Source: Perna viridis
Lineage: Eukaryota
Direction: 5' to 3'
Assembly (NCBI GenBank): GCA_037379345.1
Contig: CM074520.1
Coordinates: forward strand, 40,892,664-40,956,663
DNA length: 64,000 nt
How positions within the stretch are numbered: position 1 is the stretch's first letter; each line of letters opens with the position of its first letter. Both the position numbers and the translations under genes were made by a program. The notes under the pieces are model-generated. The model made no database searches. It was not told the origin of the DNA and was given only the letters and a program-made list of their open reading frames with translations. This document shows positions 12,901 to 25,311 of this stretch, piece after piece.

Positions 12901-15900
12901 AATATCAAAATTATTAAAAAGAAATCTGTATTTCAAGTAAAATTTTGAATAAAATTTAATATAAAAGACTTGTGTGGTTTAATTTAGAATAACACTTTAT
13001 TTTTTTCCCCGACGCAATCGGTATAGCTCCGCTTTTTACCCTTTGACCTTAAAGACGCTCTTCTGTGGATACGCAAGTCACCTGATCGAAGTTCTTTTTC
13101 CCCGATTGGCCAAATACTGATAATTTAGTGGCATTCGGAAAAAAATTATCGGAACCTTAAAAATTGCGTGCATGTGTTATTTTATTGAAAGAAATGTAGA
13201 AACTTAGAAATAAAAAAGAACAAAATTTTACTGCGTCGGCTATCTTTTTTTTTAAAGATAGTACTTGCTTAAAGATTTTTCGTACAATAAACTTACCAGT
13301 GTAGAAATAGATTTATTGTTTTGTAGTATCTCAGCGATATGGGTGATATCTTTCGCACCTAGGGTGTTTCCAGAAAGGTCGATCTCCGCAATATCTACAT
13401 CATTCTGGGAAAGCAATAATTTAAGAGTGCAGACGAATCTCAAATTGAGAATTCCTCAAATTGTTACTCTAAACTTCGACCGATCAAACCATTCGAAATT
13501 GAAGATTTGAAGAAAAACAAGGATTTGAAAAAAAATCTCCAAATTTGAAATCCAGCCCATAACCCATCTTATCTTGCATTTAAGTATTTTGGAATCCTGT
13601 CAGAAAACAGCTGCGTAATCTATAATTCTGAGATATAGTTACATTTTTCCGTATAATATAATATAATTGAAATATACGTTGTTTTCGTAGATTTAACAAA
13701 TATTTTAATCTTTCGGAAATGTAAAACTGGCACATTTGAATTTTCATACAATCTACGATCTATATTGACTAAGAAATCAAAGGACTAGAAGCGTTTCATC
13801 ATGAAAACCATAATTTACATTAAATAAACGAGAAATATTCCCAAGATGAAAATACCAACAAATATATTCATAAACAACTTGAACTTTGAACCTCCATTCA
13901 CATGTCAAAACTTAATATGAAATTCGTGAATAAAAACAGAGGAATATGAAAATAAGATTATCAAAAGAATCTCAATTTTCCTTATTAACGCCACTTTAAG
14001 GTAGAGACGTCAAAATCGTATCTTTAAGAGTCTAGACAATATAAGCAGATAGCCTTGAGTAGACATTATATTACATCAAATTACTCTTAGTTTCTTTTTG
14101 TCTAAAATGGTCACCTCTCTTCAACCCAATCATTGTACTATTCAGGTGAAATAGAACAAAGTAAAATGGCATTGAATTTATCAGATAATCCAATGTTATA
14201 AATCCAGATTAAAACAAGAAAAGTGTAAAGTTATTACATGAAATAATTCATGAAGGTCTAGTAATTATAAGGTTATTACCAATAGGTATAAAAATTTAAA
14301 CCATTAAAAATTTAATTATAAAATGTATAAGGTCTACATAGTGTTTTGTTTCTTTTTTTAATTCCACACACGTGCGCTTGATATCTTTTCGCAATTTCAT
14401 ATTTGTTACATATACATATACAAGGACGTAAATAACACAGCCATATTCAAAATATGTTCAATTCATGTCTTTTAAGACATCTCTCTGCCATAATGATGAT
14501 GCAACATGTTATGATTTTATGCCAGGTTTTCTACATGTATCTTTACATGTGCAAAAAAGTTATTTTTCATAAAGTAAGACTTAGTCAAATTCTTCATACA
14601 CTGATAGGCTTATAACTGGTCTTAGTCAACCTACTCCTTTTAATTCCTTTACTTACAATCAGAACAACATAAATAGCACGAAGTTCTCTTGGTGACAGAT
14701 TAAGGCCACTAGCACTGAACACGGGACCGTTGAATTGATTTAGTATTTTTCTGGAAGGAACAATGCCGAGATTTTGACATTTAAGTTTATACAATTGGCG
14801 GTTTTGTTCTGCAGCGCTGCTGTATCTCGTTGTTATTTCATCTACAAATAATAAATACTTGGCTCAGTATGTTTGATTTAAAGCAATGTGGTAATACATT
14901 GAATAATGCCTTCAATAAATGTACATACGATTTCCCTCATTTGACATCGCCTTCCGGTGGCAATTCCTAACACAAGAATGTGATAACTCGCCTTATATTT
15001 TCAGCATGATACTTTTATAACAGTTGGTGTTACAGGTAATTTAGACCCTTTCTTTTTACTATTTTTACGACTACGTTAATGCAATTAACTTTTTGTTTGT
15101 TTGGTTTTTTTTTCGGGGGTAGTCAGTTGCAAATGCATTTTTACACCCACACACGAAACTTACCACCAATTGTAACGTAAAAATTTGGTATATGTATGTA
15201 ATCTTAATGAGATCTTTGTACTTTAATATACTTAGATTTAGCAAAATAGCTATAAACCTTCGTCACTGTCCCACTGAAACTCTTCGTCGAAGTTGATTTC
15301 AGCAGACGACACAATTCTTCGCTTGTCTCTTTCGCGCCTTTTTGCTGATGTCTGAATCCGTAAAGAAGCTCTGGAAAGATTTCGGGAAGCTGCGCGCGAA
15401 AATACTTCTCTTTTAATGTCGATATCATTATCGTCATTCTTAATTTCATTCTCATCTTTTGCATTAGAAAGGTAGGTATTGTTCCGAGAAAACGTGACTA
15501 ATGCAGGAGTCCCAAATTGGAGTGCCATATCCTTTTCTTCTTCCAGTGGTGGTACTAGAAAATCGAGAAAACGGCCTGAAGTATGTGGCACAGTTTGTGA
15601 ACTTAAAATTAAATGAAGGAAAGAGATGCTTAATTAATGTATACGCTCACAGCCATCTTTCGGTAATTTTCGGACACGCTACCAGCTTTTTTCACCCGCA
15701 TACATGTACGAGCTCACATTTTGTGAATATGTACTCACTAGCGCAAGTTATACTTAAACAAATTAATTTGAGATAAATACTGTACTCTGACTGGTTAAAA
15801 TAATTTTGTTGTATCTCAATGGATAAAAAAAAATACTGACACGACCCTTTTCAGTTAAATTAAGAGCTACTTTTCTCATGTCTATTGAAAAATAACATAA

Positions 15901-18900
15901 ATTTTCCTTGTGCATATTTTGTTTATTGCACTTCGCGCAACAAACAATATGCACATGGAAAATTTTTTATTTTTGAATAGACAAAATTTGTATCTTAGCC
16001 AATTCTTAAATAAAATTATAAACTTGTTTTACGTAGGATGATTTGTGCTTGACAGATTTCCATTAGCGTGGTCTTTAGATGTATTGAATAATTGAATGAT
16101 TTAAAAGATTTTTGAAATTTCAATGGCAATTTTATTTTTTTACAAAAATTAAGTGGAAAATGAGATAATCTATATGCAATGAAATAAAACAGAAATTATT
16201 TTAATTAGAAGTAACGCTTTAATTAACCATATCAAAAGCCTTGGGATTGCTGTCGTACAAATGCTCCCGGATAGGAAATGTTTATTAGTAGACAAATTTA
16301 GCAAAAACTGGTAAAATCAAGGTATGTATAAAATTTTAAAGTTTCAAAATTGAAAATTGAATAATTAATAAAACTCTAAACTTACGAAAAAAGTCCTACC
16401 TCAAAATGTAATAAAGGTAAATATCCCACAAATTTCCACTACCAAGTATGAAGTCATAGACAGTACTGTTTTTAAACTGAAATCTTTCAAAAAATTCGGG
16501 CGTTTAAATTTATTCACTGATACGTGTAAAAGAATGGATCTATTCTTTAACAAATGATTCGCTGTTATTAAATGACTTTGGTGGGACAAGGGTCCTTTTG
16601 AATAGGTCAATAAGGCACTATTATTCAACAAAGGTATATAAATTGACCGATTGGACGTGAATAGTCGTGAATTTGACATAGATTTCGCGATTTACTCACT
16701 TGACTAAGATAACAAGTTATAAGGTTATGAAATCAAGAATATTAAACAGAGATTCATTTGGCCTTACATTGTCAAAATAGTTTGTGCCGTGATAAAATCG
16801 TTACCGCGCTCCTGTGTTATCCTTTGTGTTTAGGGAAATATTTACAATGTTAAAAACTACAGCTGTATTTCTTATTACATATATTTATTTCAGTTTACAA
16901 ACATTGTCTTAATTCGTCTGTAACGGAAACAGAAGAACCGCATCGGTGGTCTCGGGGTAGCGTGCTCCCCCTCGTTCCTACCAAGTACTTTTTTTAAATA
17001 GGAGTTACTACATTTGTGCCACGCACACGCAGTATTTATGTATAGAATGAATTACATGAAAATTGATTTGTTAAATGTGTCATAATTTTCATTTCCTCTT
17101 TCGTCTATCCCAGACTTGACTTTTTATGCGCAACTCGCTTGGTGTTTCTAGAAAAGCAGAGGATGCTTACCCTACCGGTGCACCTGGTCCATGCTCCCAG
17201 TTTTTTGTGGAGTCCGAGTTGTTCAATTACTTTTGTTACTTTGTATGTATTATTTTGTTATTGTATGTTCTTTGTTGTGTTTGTCTGTTTTCAATGTCTG
17301 GTCTTTGTCCCTGGATTACATTCTTTTGATTACCGAAAGAATCTTGGTTTCTTCGATTACTCTTTACCTGGCATTTTGGCAAATCGGTAAAAGTGCATCA
17401 GAAATTGCTTCGCTCGTTCTTTATCCTTCTGAAGAACACCCGCGTGTAATATTTTGGACACTGTATTTCTAATTTGGATAGCTGTCAATATAGTCTCGTC
17501 ATAACTGACCAGGTAGTTGACAGATATTCAAACTTGAAAGACAGTGCCCCAAATCACTCGGGAGTTCTGTCCTAACACGGTAGGACACACTAGTCAGAAA
17601 GGGTTTCAAAAAAAAATTATAAAATGTTCTTTAAAAAGACTTTATTAGCGCACTACGATGCGATACTGTCGCCCATTAAATTTCTATTCCTTGTATTCGT
17701 GGTATTCTTTGATAGTATAACCCGTCAAATCACCCTAAACGAGCCCCTTTTAAATTGCAGTGACGGATTTAGAGACTCCATTGAACATGCAACCCACCCT
17801 TCGTCGATACAGCATTGTTGATTACAATGCGTTGCCTTCCTACATCACTTTTCCGACGAAGACAGATCAAAATTCTAATAAAAAATGGAGGCTTGGGTTG
17901 TAGGGTCGGGGGATTCGGGCTTGGGTTTTGAAAACCCTCTCAATTTTGTGCAAAAGTGGGGCATCAATTGAGCAAATGATGAATGTAACATGGAATCCTC
18001 CATTTATAAATATTCAATGAAATCACAATTCTGTCTCCCTTATAATCTGTAAAATATGACAGGGTTGCTTCCCTTATTTCGCATTACATGAATTGTCCAT
18101 TGCCATATACTAGATTTTTATTATATGACCATGCATACATGTAGCTCCTAATACCAAGTCAGGTATAAGGAAAAAGAAGTTTAATAACAAACTATTTTTG
18201 TTGGAAATTATCTCCGGGATTCAAATCAGATAGATTTCCACAAATCTCTTATACCCCGTATCTGCTTGGTATTTTCCATTACTCGACTTTATTCAATTAT
18301 TGCTTAGTAGTCGCTTTTATCTTTGTATTGCTTAATAATCATTTCATCATATTATTGTTTTCTATACCCTGTGACGATGCAATGTAGACTTGATCACAAA
18401 GCTGTTTTTAAAAAAAATACATGTAATCCACTTAATATACGGTGCACATGTAGTTAAATAAGTTTTAATTACCAATCAAAATGATCGGAAACAGTAGTTA
18501 TTCTAGTATTAACTTTGAACATTTGACTGATGATTTCAACATTTCTTGTTTTACAACGATAAAAACCAACTGAAGCGGTTTTTGATTCAATCGTTGTAGG
18601 CTTTATTATTTTTTTTTTCCACTTTTTTTTTTACCAATGTCGAATTTCTGCTTCTTGTCTCCGTTTGTCTTGTTTTCAATAGAATTTTACATGTGAAAAC
18701 TACAGTTTTCATGTGATTTTCGAAAGCATGCGATTTCATGTATTTTAAATACACAAAAAATATATTTACCATACCGGTCCGATACGTATGTTGCCATATG
18801 TTTTAAAATATGAGAACATGTGTTACATTTTTGTCCTGTGTATCTGTAAACAACAAAATAAGAAATACTTACGAGACACGTCGCTATCTTCTCTATCCAT
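958..18900 (-). CDS. LRRC74-like leucine-rich-repeat protein with two C-terminal EF-hands (13 coding exons, 580 aa)
   Basis: Exons (minus): 18873-18900, 15258-15554, 14657-14841, 13297-13404, 11872-11965, 11589-11638, 9987-10065, 8036-8121, 7417-7611, 6478-6573, 5436-5696, 4052-4137, 958-1135. All introns are GT-AG with matching phases; sum 1743 nt. RI-type LRRs (IDLSGNTLG, LDISENNFG, LNLSHNKLG, LDLSWNHLRGVGA, LQVAWNGFAFEG, IDLANNRI) and EF-hand loops DTDNSNTLSREE and DTNRDGYVDLLE. This architecture resembles LRRC74A/B. Confidence 0.9.
1711..1930 (+). mobile_element. TTAA-flanked ~212-bp MITE, copy 1 (Kolobok-like GG...CC termini)
   Basis: ttaa|GGAGGTAGAGCTAGGGTAAGGGAC...GTCCCTTACCCTATGTCTCCCTCC|ttaa. 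Confidence 0.85.
2128..2355 (-). mobile_element. Diverged copy of the same Penelope-like 3' repeat
   Basis: gcaaatgagcaactcagact..aaaaattgggagtatggaccaggtgcaccg. Confidence 0.7.
2810..3200 (+). repeat. Dispersed ~380-bp repeat; other copies at ~24860-25222 (-) and ~31780-32160 (+)
   Basis: ctaagaatcaggcaaaa...tatacctcataacctcaagaaattac...tgcctgattc. Confidence 0.8.
4052..4137 (-). CDS. Exon 12 of the LRR gene, EF-hand 2 (not in ORF track)
   Basis: ttgcag|AGG GAA GGA...; encodes REGYPISSSALDSVMNYLDTNRDGYVDL; the final exon (958-1135) completes the loop with L-E. Confidence 0.88.
4172..4405 (+). repeat. Dispersed repeat; inverted copy at 13003-13247
   Basis: catcaggtgacttgcgtttccatagaagagcgtcattaaggtcaaagggtaaaaagc matches the reverse complement of 13030-13087. 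Confidence 0.85.
5436..5696 (-). CDS. Exon 11 of the LRR gene, EF-hand 1
   Basis: ttcag|GAT GTA... to ...TTC CGC|gtaag; encodes FDTDNSNTLSREELHDAF. Confidence 0.9.
9369..9721. mobile_element. MITE with ACCTCTCA...TGAGAGGT ends, TA flanks, filled with agaactgttctc/agagccgg subrepeats
   Basis: Terminal inverted octamer and internal tandem subrepeats. Confidence 0.6.
10253..10473 (-). mobile_element. Same TTAA MITE, copy 2
   Basis: Same TIRs, internal sequence reversed. Confidence 0.85.
10581..11035 (+). mobile_element. Retrozyme/Penelope-pLTR-like ~376-bp repeat bounded by two degenerate minimal hammerhead motifs
   Basis: CTGATGAG..GAAAC-ACGT-GTG-CAGCAT at 10587-10624 and CTGGTGAG..GAAAC..ATA-CAGCAT from 10963; the internal segment is homologous to 24457-24855. 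Confidence 0.6.
11435..11579. mobile_element. Palindromic (hairpin) MITE; second copy at ~60113-60228
   Basis: tctgaccctgcaacc...tatttggatatt / aatatccaaacaaaa...ggttgcagggtcaga. Confidence 0.75.
15762..16010 (+). repeat. Dispersed repeat; direct copy at 46122-46430, which has an extra ~54-bp segment
   Basis: attaatttgagataaata.tgta.tctga.tggttaaaa...agccaattcttaa. Confidence 0.85.
17055..17368 (+). mobile_element. Copy of the same Penelope-like 3' repeat
   Basis: gcagaggatgcttaccctaccggtgcacctggtccatgctcccag...; begins with the MKIDLLNVS* remnant. Confidence 0.75.
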
Positions 18901-20233
18901 TGTTGCTTCTGTGATTAGGGACTTTCTTGAAACTTGTTCCGTCATTATATCAAACACGAATTTTTATACCTTTACATAGCCAAATTCATATCTACACGCT
19001 GTATGACTATATTGCTCACAATAATTATGCCCTCAAGTTGTTTTAAGCTTGCACTTCATGTTCTAAAACGTTAAATCTACTAGTTACTGCTTTATATTTG
19101 AAGTTCTATATTCCAGCAGACAGGTTATGTTGACTATGAAATTAAACCGAAGAAAAAACAAATTTCCGTATACGATTTACGGTTTAAAATCAACCAGTGG
19201 TGGTGTATTAATATTTTAACATTTTGACGTCTCCCAAGTCATCGGCATTAAAGGATAAAATCAGATTACAATCACGCGGATATTTTTGTGAAAATATTTA
19301 TTTTATGGAATTGATTATGGTATTTTTCGTTAATAGTACAGTGAAGTTCAATACCGGGATCAAAGTACACAAATTGGAATCGAACCAAACTTTTGATGAA
19401 TTTCAATTCTTTTGTTGAAGCCATCACTGCATATAATCGGTTCTATTTGCAATGATTAATATTTTGACGATTACATTCTTATGTTAATTTTTTGTTTTAA
19501 AAAGCATTGTAAAAATTTTAAAACGGCTTATCAGGCCTTTCATCTGTATATCCTTAATAGCTTATTCACGAAATTTTAATGAAGTTGTATTAGCCCGTTA
19601 ACTCGGATTCTAATGGAATACAAGTCTTTGTAAGTGTCAGGCAACTATCGCAAAATCTATGCACACGAAAAACCCATCGATCACTAAATGTGATCAATTC
19701 AAAATGCCCAACATATAATGGCCCCTGTAGATTTCGATAGATAATCTAGAAAACAGTGCTTATCTATAGATCTGCTCTTGAATTTATAATACTCATTGCA
19801 TTTAAATCAGTCCGATTTCTGAACTCGTTTTACTAAATAAATTTGACGATGGTAAAGGACCTCGAATTCAATGTTCAAAGTGCTACTTAACGACCATTTT
19901 CCTCCCAGTGCCCGATTCTTACGAAGACTAAATAATGAAGCGAGTATATTTACACCTTAGGTTTTCGTTCAGTTTAAATATTTGCTTTCTATAGTTATCA
20001 TGAAATGAACACCTCAGTTTTTTATTAAGTTATTCATGGTATATTATGATTATGCAAAATATATTAATATAATGAAGGTGAAACCTTTTAACGCTCCCGA
20101 AGAATCATTAATAAAAAAACAACTTTGATCATTTTTGTCAGCTCTGATTTGATTAATTAAACATATTTTATTCAATAAATAAATTGAATTGAGTTGGGTA
20201 GCAGGCAAGGCCTATATATATCCTCTCCATACA

Positions 20234-20471
20234 CAGGGGCGGATTCAGGAGGGGGCATGGCGGGCATGCGCCCCCCCCCCTAAAATTTGCAAAACATGGG
20301 TTGCCAGGGATAGATTTTGGCGCTTTTAGGTTGAAACTGTAATTTCTCCCTAATTTTACCACACAAGCTATCCACATTTCACCCACTGTAGAAGAATATT
20401 TCCAAATTTAACCTCAAAAATTTTTTAATGTGCGCTCCCCCAACTAATCTAAAATCCTGGATCCGCCCCTG
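20234..20471. mobile_element. CAG(G/T)GGCGGATCC-type MITE (others at ~7050-7252, 34217-34861, ~38870-39015)
   Basis: caggggcggattcagg...cctggatccgcccctg, with ataca on both flanks. Confidence 0.7.
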
Positions 20472-20497
20472 ATACAAGGCAACATGTACAACATGCA

Positions 20498-20667
20498 NNN
20501 NNNNNNNNNNNNNNNNNNNNNNNNNNNNNNNNNNNNNNNNNNNNNNNNNNNNNNNNNNNNNNNNNNNNNNNNNNNNNNNNNNNNNNNNNNNNNNNNNNNN
20601 NNNNNNNNNNNNNNNNNNNNNNNNNNNNNNNNNNNNNNNNNNNNNNNNNNNNNNNNNNNNNNNNNNN
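20498..20667. other. Assembly gap (170 N)
   Basis: Run of n. Confidence 1.
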
Positions 20668-21191
20668 TCCATTATCTTCAAATTAAACTCTTTTTTTATT
20701 TTAGAATACTATCAATATACATTTTTTGTAAACATTGATGGATAAAGTTCAAAGATTGAAAATTATTAACTCGATCTTGACAAAAGAGGTATTTTCCGCA
20801 TATTTCATGTTTACTAGACATCATGCACCGATCCCTTCATTGAGGAAGATGGAATTGATTTGAAATGCTTTTTTTAATATCTAGCTAGCAATAACTAAAT
20901 TAAAGTGCATGATAAATATATCATTTATAATCATAAATGCTGATGAATAGATCAATAAATTATTATTAATATTTTTATAAAATCAATATTTCATGAAAAA
21001 TTAAATGTCTTAAAAGATTTCTTTATTGCATTTAGTTTCGCTTCAATCTGTTTCATTTTGTACAGTTAAATTATGTTTTTATAACGAATAAATTCATTTT
21101 ATTTAATTGATTCGTTTCGATTCTTTCTTATATCGATTATTTTCGTTTCGTTTTGATTCATTTTCGTTTCGCAATTTTTATTAACCTAGAA

Positions 21192-21840
21192 TTATGGGTA
21201 ATATTGATTACGTTAAGTCATACTGCTGACTGTAAGGCCAACCCTATCTTGGAAAAGCTATGATTCGATTTTTATTTAATTATCGAAACTAGCAAATATT
21301 TTCCGAGACTGGTTTGGTTCTCCATCGCACACATACAAGTATGCGCAAATGAAGCTGCCATTATGCTGTTTTTTTAGCTACAGAAAATGCAGGTACGAAC
21401 CGGATATTGATGTTTTTCTTGCCATAAGTATACAGAACCAAGTTGATAATACAACCATAACAGATATACATTATTGCGCAAGTCACGGTTATTGGTTCGA
21501 TTGTTGTGGTCCGAAATGTCTTTGGGTCGTTTTGGCAATCGTACGGTATTATGGGTAATGGTATTTTCGTAAACATTGGAGCGTCTTCTGTTGACTGTTT
21601 TGACCATTCATATCTTGGAAAAAATATGATATGTTTTGAACTTAACCAAAAACGCTACTGAGACTGGTTCTGTTATCAATCACATTTTTCGAAGTGTACG
21701 AAAATCAAGCTGCCATTGTACTGTTTTTAAGTTCCTGAATTTACATGCACAAACCGGATATTGATGACTTTTCTGCCCATAAGTATACATGTCCCCAGTT
21801 GATAATACAGCCATTTACGCTCCCTTCGGGAGCGTATAAT
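21192..21840 (+). repeat. Diverged ~355-bp tandem duplication ending in hairpin ACGCTCCC-TTC-GGGAGCGT-ATAA (Helentron/HINE-like end)
   Basis: Units from ~21192 and ~21549 share tatcttggaaaa, gagactggtt, aagctgccatt, aaccggatattgatg, cataagtataca and gttgataataca. Confidence 0.6.
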
Positions 21841-22149
21841 ATCCGGGTTCATGACACTGATGTGTTATCTGTCTTGCAACTGTCATTCATTCCGGCGATA
21901 ATATTGGTATATTGGTTGTAGTGGTGGATCCAGGACCCCTCTCTTTTTTGGTGAAGTTTTGTTCATTTTGCGAAATAAGTAATATGATTCAATAATAGCC
22001 GGGAACATTAATTCTTCTGGACTACCTTCACTTTTCCTAACTTACCTGAATTCGCTTTATTTCCCTAACTGAAAGAGGACAACAATATCTGCCCACTTTC
22101 GCTCCGGACAAATTTGGGCTGATAGTAGTTATTTTCTATCTATGATGGC

Positions 22150-22573
22150 TTAGGCCAAAAAAAATTATGTCTGTTTCGGGTTTCCCGACCGACCCTTATA
22201 CATTTTTTCTTCAAAATTGACAAAATTGATAATTTCCGCCAATTTCCGGTATAATACGGATCATTTTCGGTAAAACCGAAAGTACGTTAAAAACCAGGTC
22301 ACAATAGCGTTTGAATAGGAGACTTATTTATATCAAGTAAATCCAAGCGTAAATACAGTGTACTTATACTATTAATAGGTGTGTATGTTAAAAATTAAAC
22401 TTTCTACTTAAAACCATACACTTTCATGACTTAAACATGATGCTATTTTACAAATATAGGCTCAACTATAGTCGAGAAAAAATAAAATGAAAAAAAAAAT
22501 TAAAATGCCGACCGACCTACCCTATTTTTGGGAGGAATGTAACCCTAAACAGACATTTTTTTTTTTTGGCCTT
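22150..22573. mobile_element. MITE with AGGCCAAAAAAAA..ATGTCTGTTT.GGGTT inverted termini
   Basis: Left taggccaaaaaaaattatgtctgtttcgggtt, right aaccctaaacagacatttttttttttggcctta. Confidence 0.7.
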
Positions 22574-23779
22574 ATAAAACCAAAATCAATGAACGAATGG
22601 CAAAGAACGTGTATCAAGTGTTATGCTCAACATTATATATTTGTAGACAGATTTTGTAATAAAATACATAAAGATGACACGGCCTGCGTAAATAACAAAT
22701 TTCATAAAGAAAACTAGATAAGATTTCCTTCTAGCTTCTCAGTTACCACAGGAACATTTAAATTCATTTTCTACGCCGCGATGATTTTTTAATATTCTTT
22801 TTTACTTTTTGACCGGCGGCCATCTTAGAATGATGGCCCGGTCTTTTTTTTAAATTCCAATGTGGTCATTCGATAACCCATGTAATGACCTGTTGTTAAG
22901 CCAAGTATGAACTTTCTACATTTTTTGTATTATCTGACGAATTTAAAAAAAAAACAGTTTGACATTGGCAGCCATCTTGGATTTCTTAAACTTCAAATGG
23001 TGCCCAATTTTTGCGCCAGGTTAGGTTCGAATAAACAAAATATATTTTCGGACTTCGTGTTGTGGGGGTGGGGGGCATATTAAGGCAAGGCCATTTAATT
23101 TTCTGTAGGGCTATGGGATTGTTTTTTTCTAGAAATTTACTGGCCTTGATTTTTGTCAGTTTGTGAAAATATAATTTGAGCCCGCTTCTGGAGTGAAAAA
23201 TATATTCTGACCCCCATGTTGTTTATAGAAAAAAAAAACAGATAAAAAATAGTTTTACTTGTAATGATTACATGATCGAGGACAAAATCCTTCCCTAATT
23301 AAATAACAAAGACCTCTCTGGACAGTCAAATGGCTCGTGCCAATATAAACTCAGTCTCAGTCTTCAAAACTTCAAAAAGTTTTTAAAACTAATTTCCATA
23401 TCAGTATCAACTCCATAAATAATCAACTTTGACAAAATGTAAACATTCATTTAGTTCAAGGAAATAATAAATCTACTTTATTGAGAAAATGTTTGAATGT
23501 CTTTCAGTTGGTAAGTCCCGGTTCTGAATTGCTTGATCTGTCACAATATTTCCGCGATACTTTATCTTGTCCCAGAAAAATGGTTATGTCTTGTCTGCTT
23601 GAAAGCGTGTTTATAGCTGCATTGGAGCTACCATATTGTTCATTTCAAGCTCAATCAGTCATAAATACGGATGTTAATGAAATAATAATAGCAAAATGCT
23701 ACTGCAGCACTTTCAAAATACATGGTTCTTTCCTTTAATCCATGTCAATTACTTATATTTTTTTTTATTTATTTGCCTG

Positions 23780-25280
23780 TTATGCCTTTGTAAAGAGCCA
23801 TTCCCCTCTAGAGCCAATTCCAGTACTTATGCCTATATTAACAAAATTTAAATCCCTGTCATCCACAAAGGTCAAGAAAATGTTAGATTTGTCAAACACG
23901 TCTATTCCTACTTCAATTTTATTTGACTGCCAGTTAATCCAGAACCTTTGAAAAAGTCTACAATTCAATATTTGGGGCGAAACATATTCCACTTTGTTTT
24001 CGCCGCCCTTCTCTGTTCGGATAGCAGAGCGAGTGTCACCGTTGATTCCAAGAGCAATTTCTACTAACGGGCCGGAGTCGTCATACTCTGAAGTCAATAC
24101 GAGGTACGCGTCGGAGCATGCTTTGACCGAGAAGTTAATGAAATGGTCCTTGAACGGCGCATCACCAATTTCACATCGTAGCACCCGGAAACTGTACTCT
24201 TCTGATGTATTGAAAGTTTTATTACCTGGATAAAACAAAATTTATATGGATAAGTGACAATGCCATATTGTTAATTTTCCATTCATTTGTGCCACACTCC
24301 TGCCTATGGAGTTTTCATATCTTAACTCAAAAATTATATTCGAATGTTTGCTTTTTGACAACCGTTTGTGTTGTTGTTATTTCAAAGTTTGTACAAGTTT
24401 ATTATTTGACGTCTTACTTACTTGTACAAGTATTTATTGAATAATGTGTTTTTAAGGTATTTTGTGTATTGAAGAACCACTGGGTCAATACCGCTGCTGG
24501 TGGACCTGAGGTCCTCGAGGGTATTCACCACCCCAGTAGTAAGACTTCTCTGACCCCGAATTATATCATATTTTATCTACCCTATTTATGAAATATTGCA
24601 GTATTCCAAATTTAAAAATATGTAAAACACCGAGGCTTCATACCTTCTTTTGCATATGGTAGAACCTTTCGGTGATGGATTTGGCTTCCTCTTTCCATTG
24701 TTTTGGTTTTGAGTACTCCTTGTGTACAACTAATATTTTGATTATGATCTTCCTAAATATTCGATTTTAATGCTGCCTATGAGAGGTTACATTGTACTGC
24801 TTGAAACACGTGTACAGCATATCGAAATTTACAATATATAAAACTGGTATTTTTAATTTCAGGCAAGGGGTGGCACATCATATATTCTCAATTTTATCTT
24901 TTTTGCCTCAAACATATTCAAATACATCTAGAAAACAACTATTAAGCTATTTAAATTTTTCCTGAAGCATTGGTGACGTAGATATTTTTTGACTGCTTAT
25001 ATAAGGAAAAACTTCGGGAAAATTTTCCCACCATTTTTCATAGTACATTTCTACTAAATTTGACCTATCAATATCTTAAAAACGCAAACTTTACAAACAC
25101 TTTGATAGTAATTTCTTGAGGTTATGAGGTATAAATACTTGGATATTGCAATAAAATATCTGTGTATTTTTTCTTTATGTGCCACACCTTATACACAGTT
25201 TGCCTGATTCTTAGACGGAGGAGTACTTCAAAAACACAATAGCAACTGACCGGTTTATAGAGAATCATCTTTCAATTGTT

Positions 25281-25311
<31 letters not shown>

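Noticed and set aside
16936-16972. Possible tRNA gene (accgcatcggtggtctcggggtagcgtgctc)
   Set aside because: Only an A-box-like 5' piece with no B box or cloverleaf; most likely a SINE head remnant.
17126-17472. Hydrophobic ORFs (also 27194-27491 and 49097-49384) that look like a small membrane-protein family
   Set aside because: They are translations of the same Penelope-like 3' repeat, not host genes.
20379-20738. ORFs spanning the X run
   Set aside because: Artefacts of the N gap.
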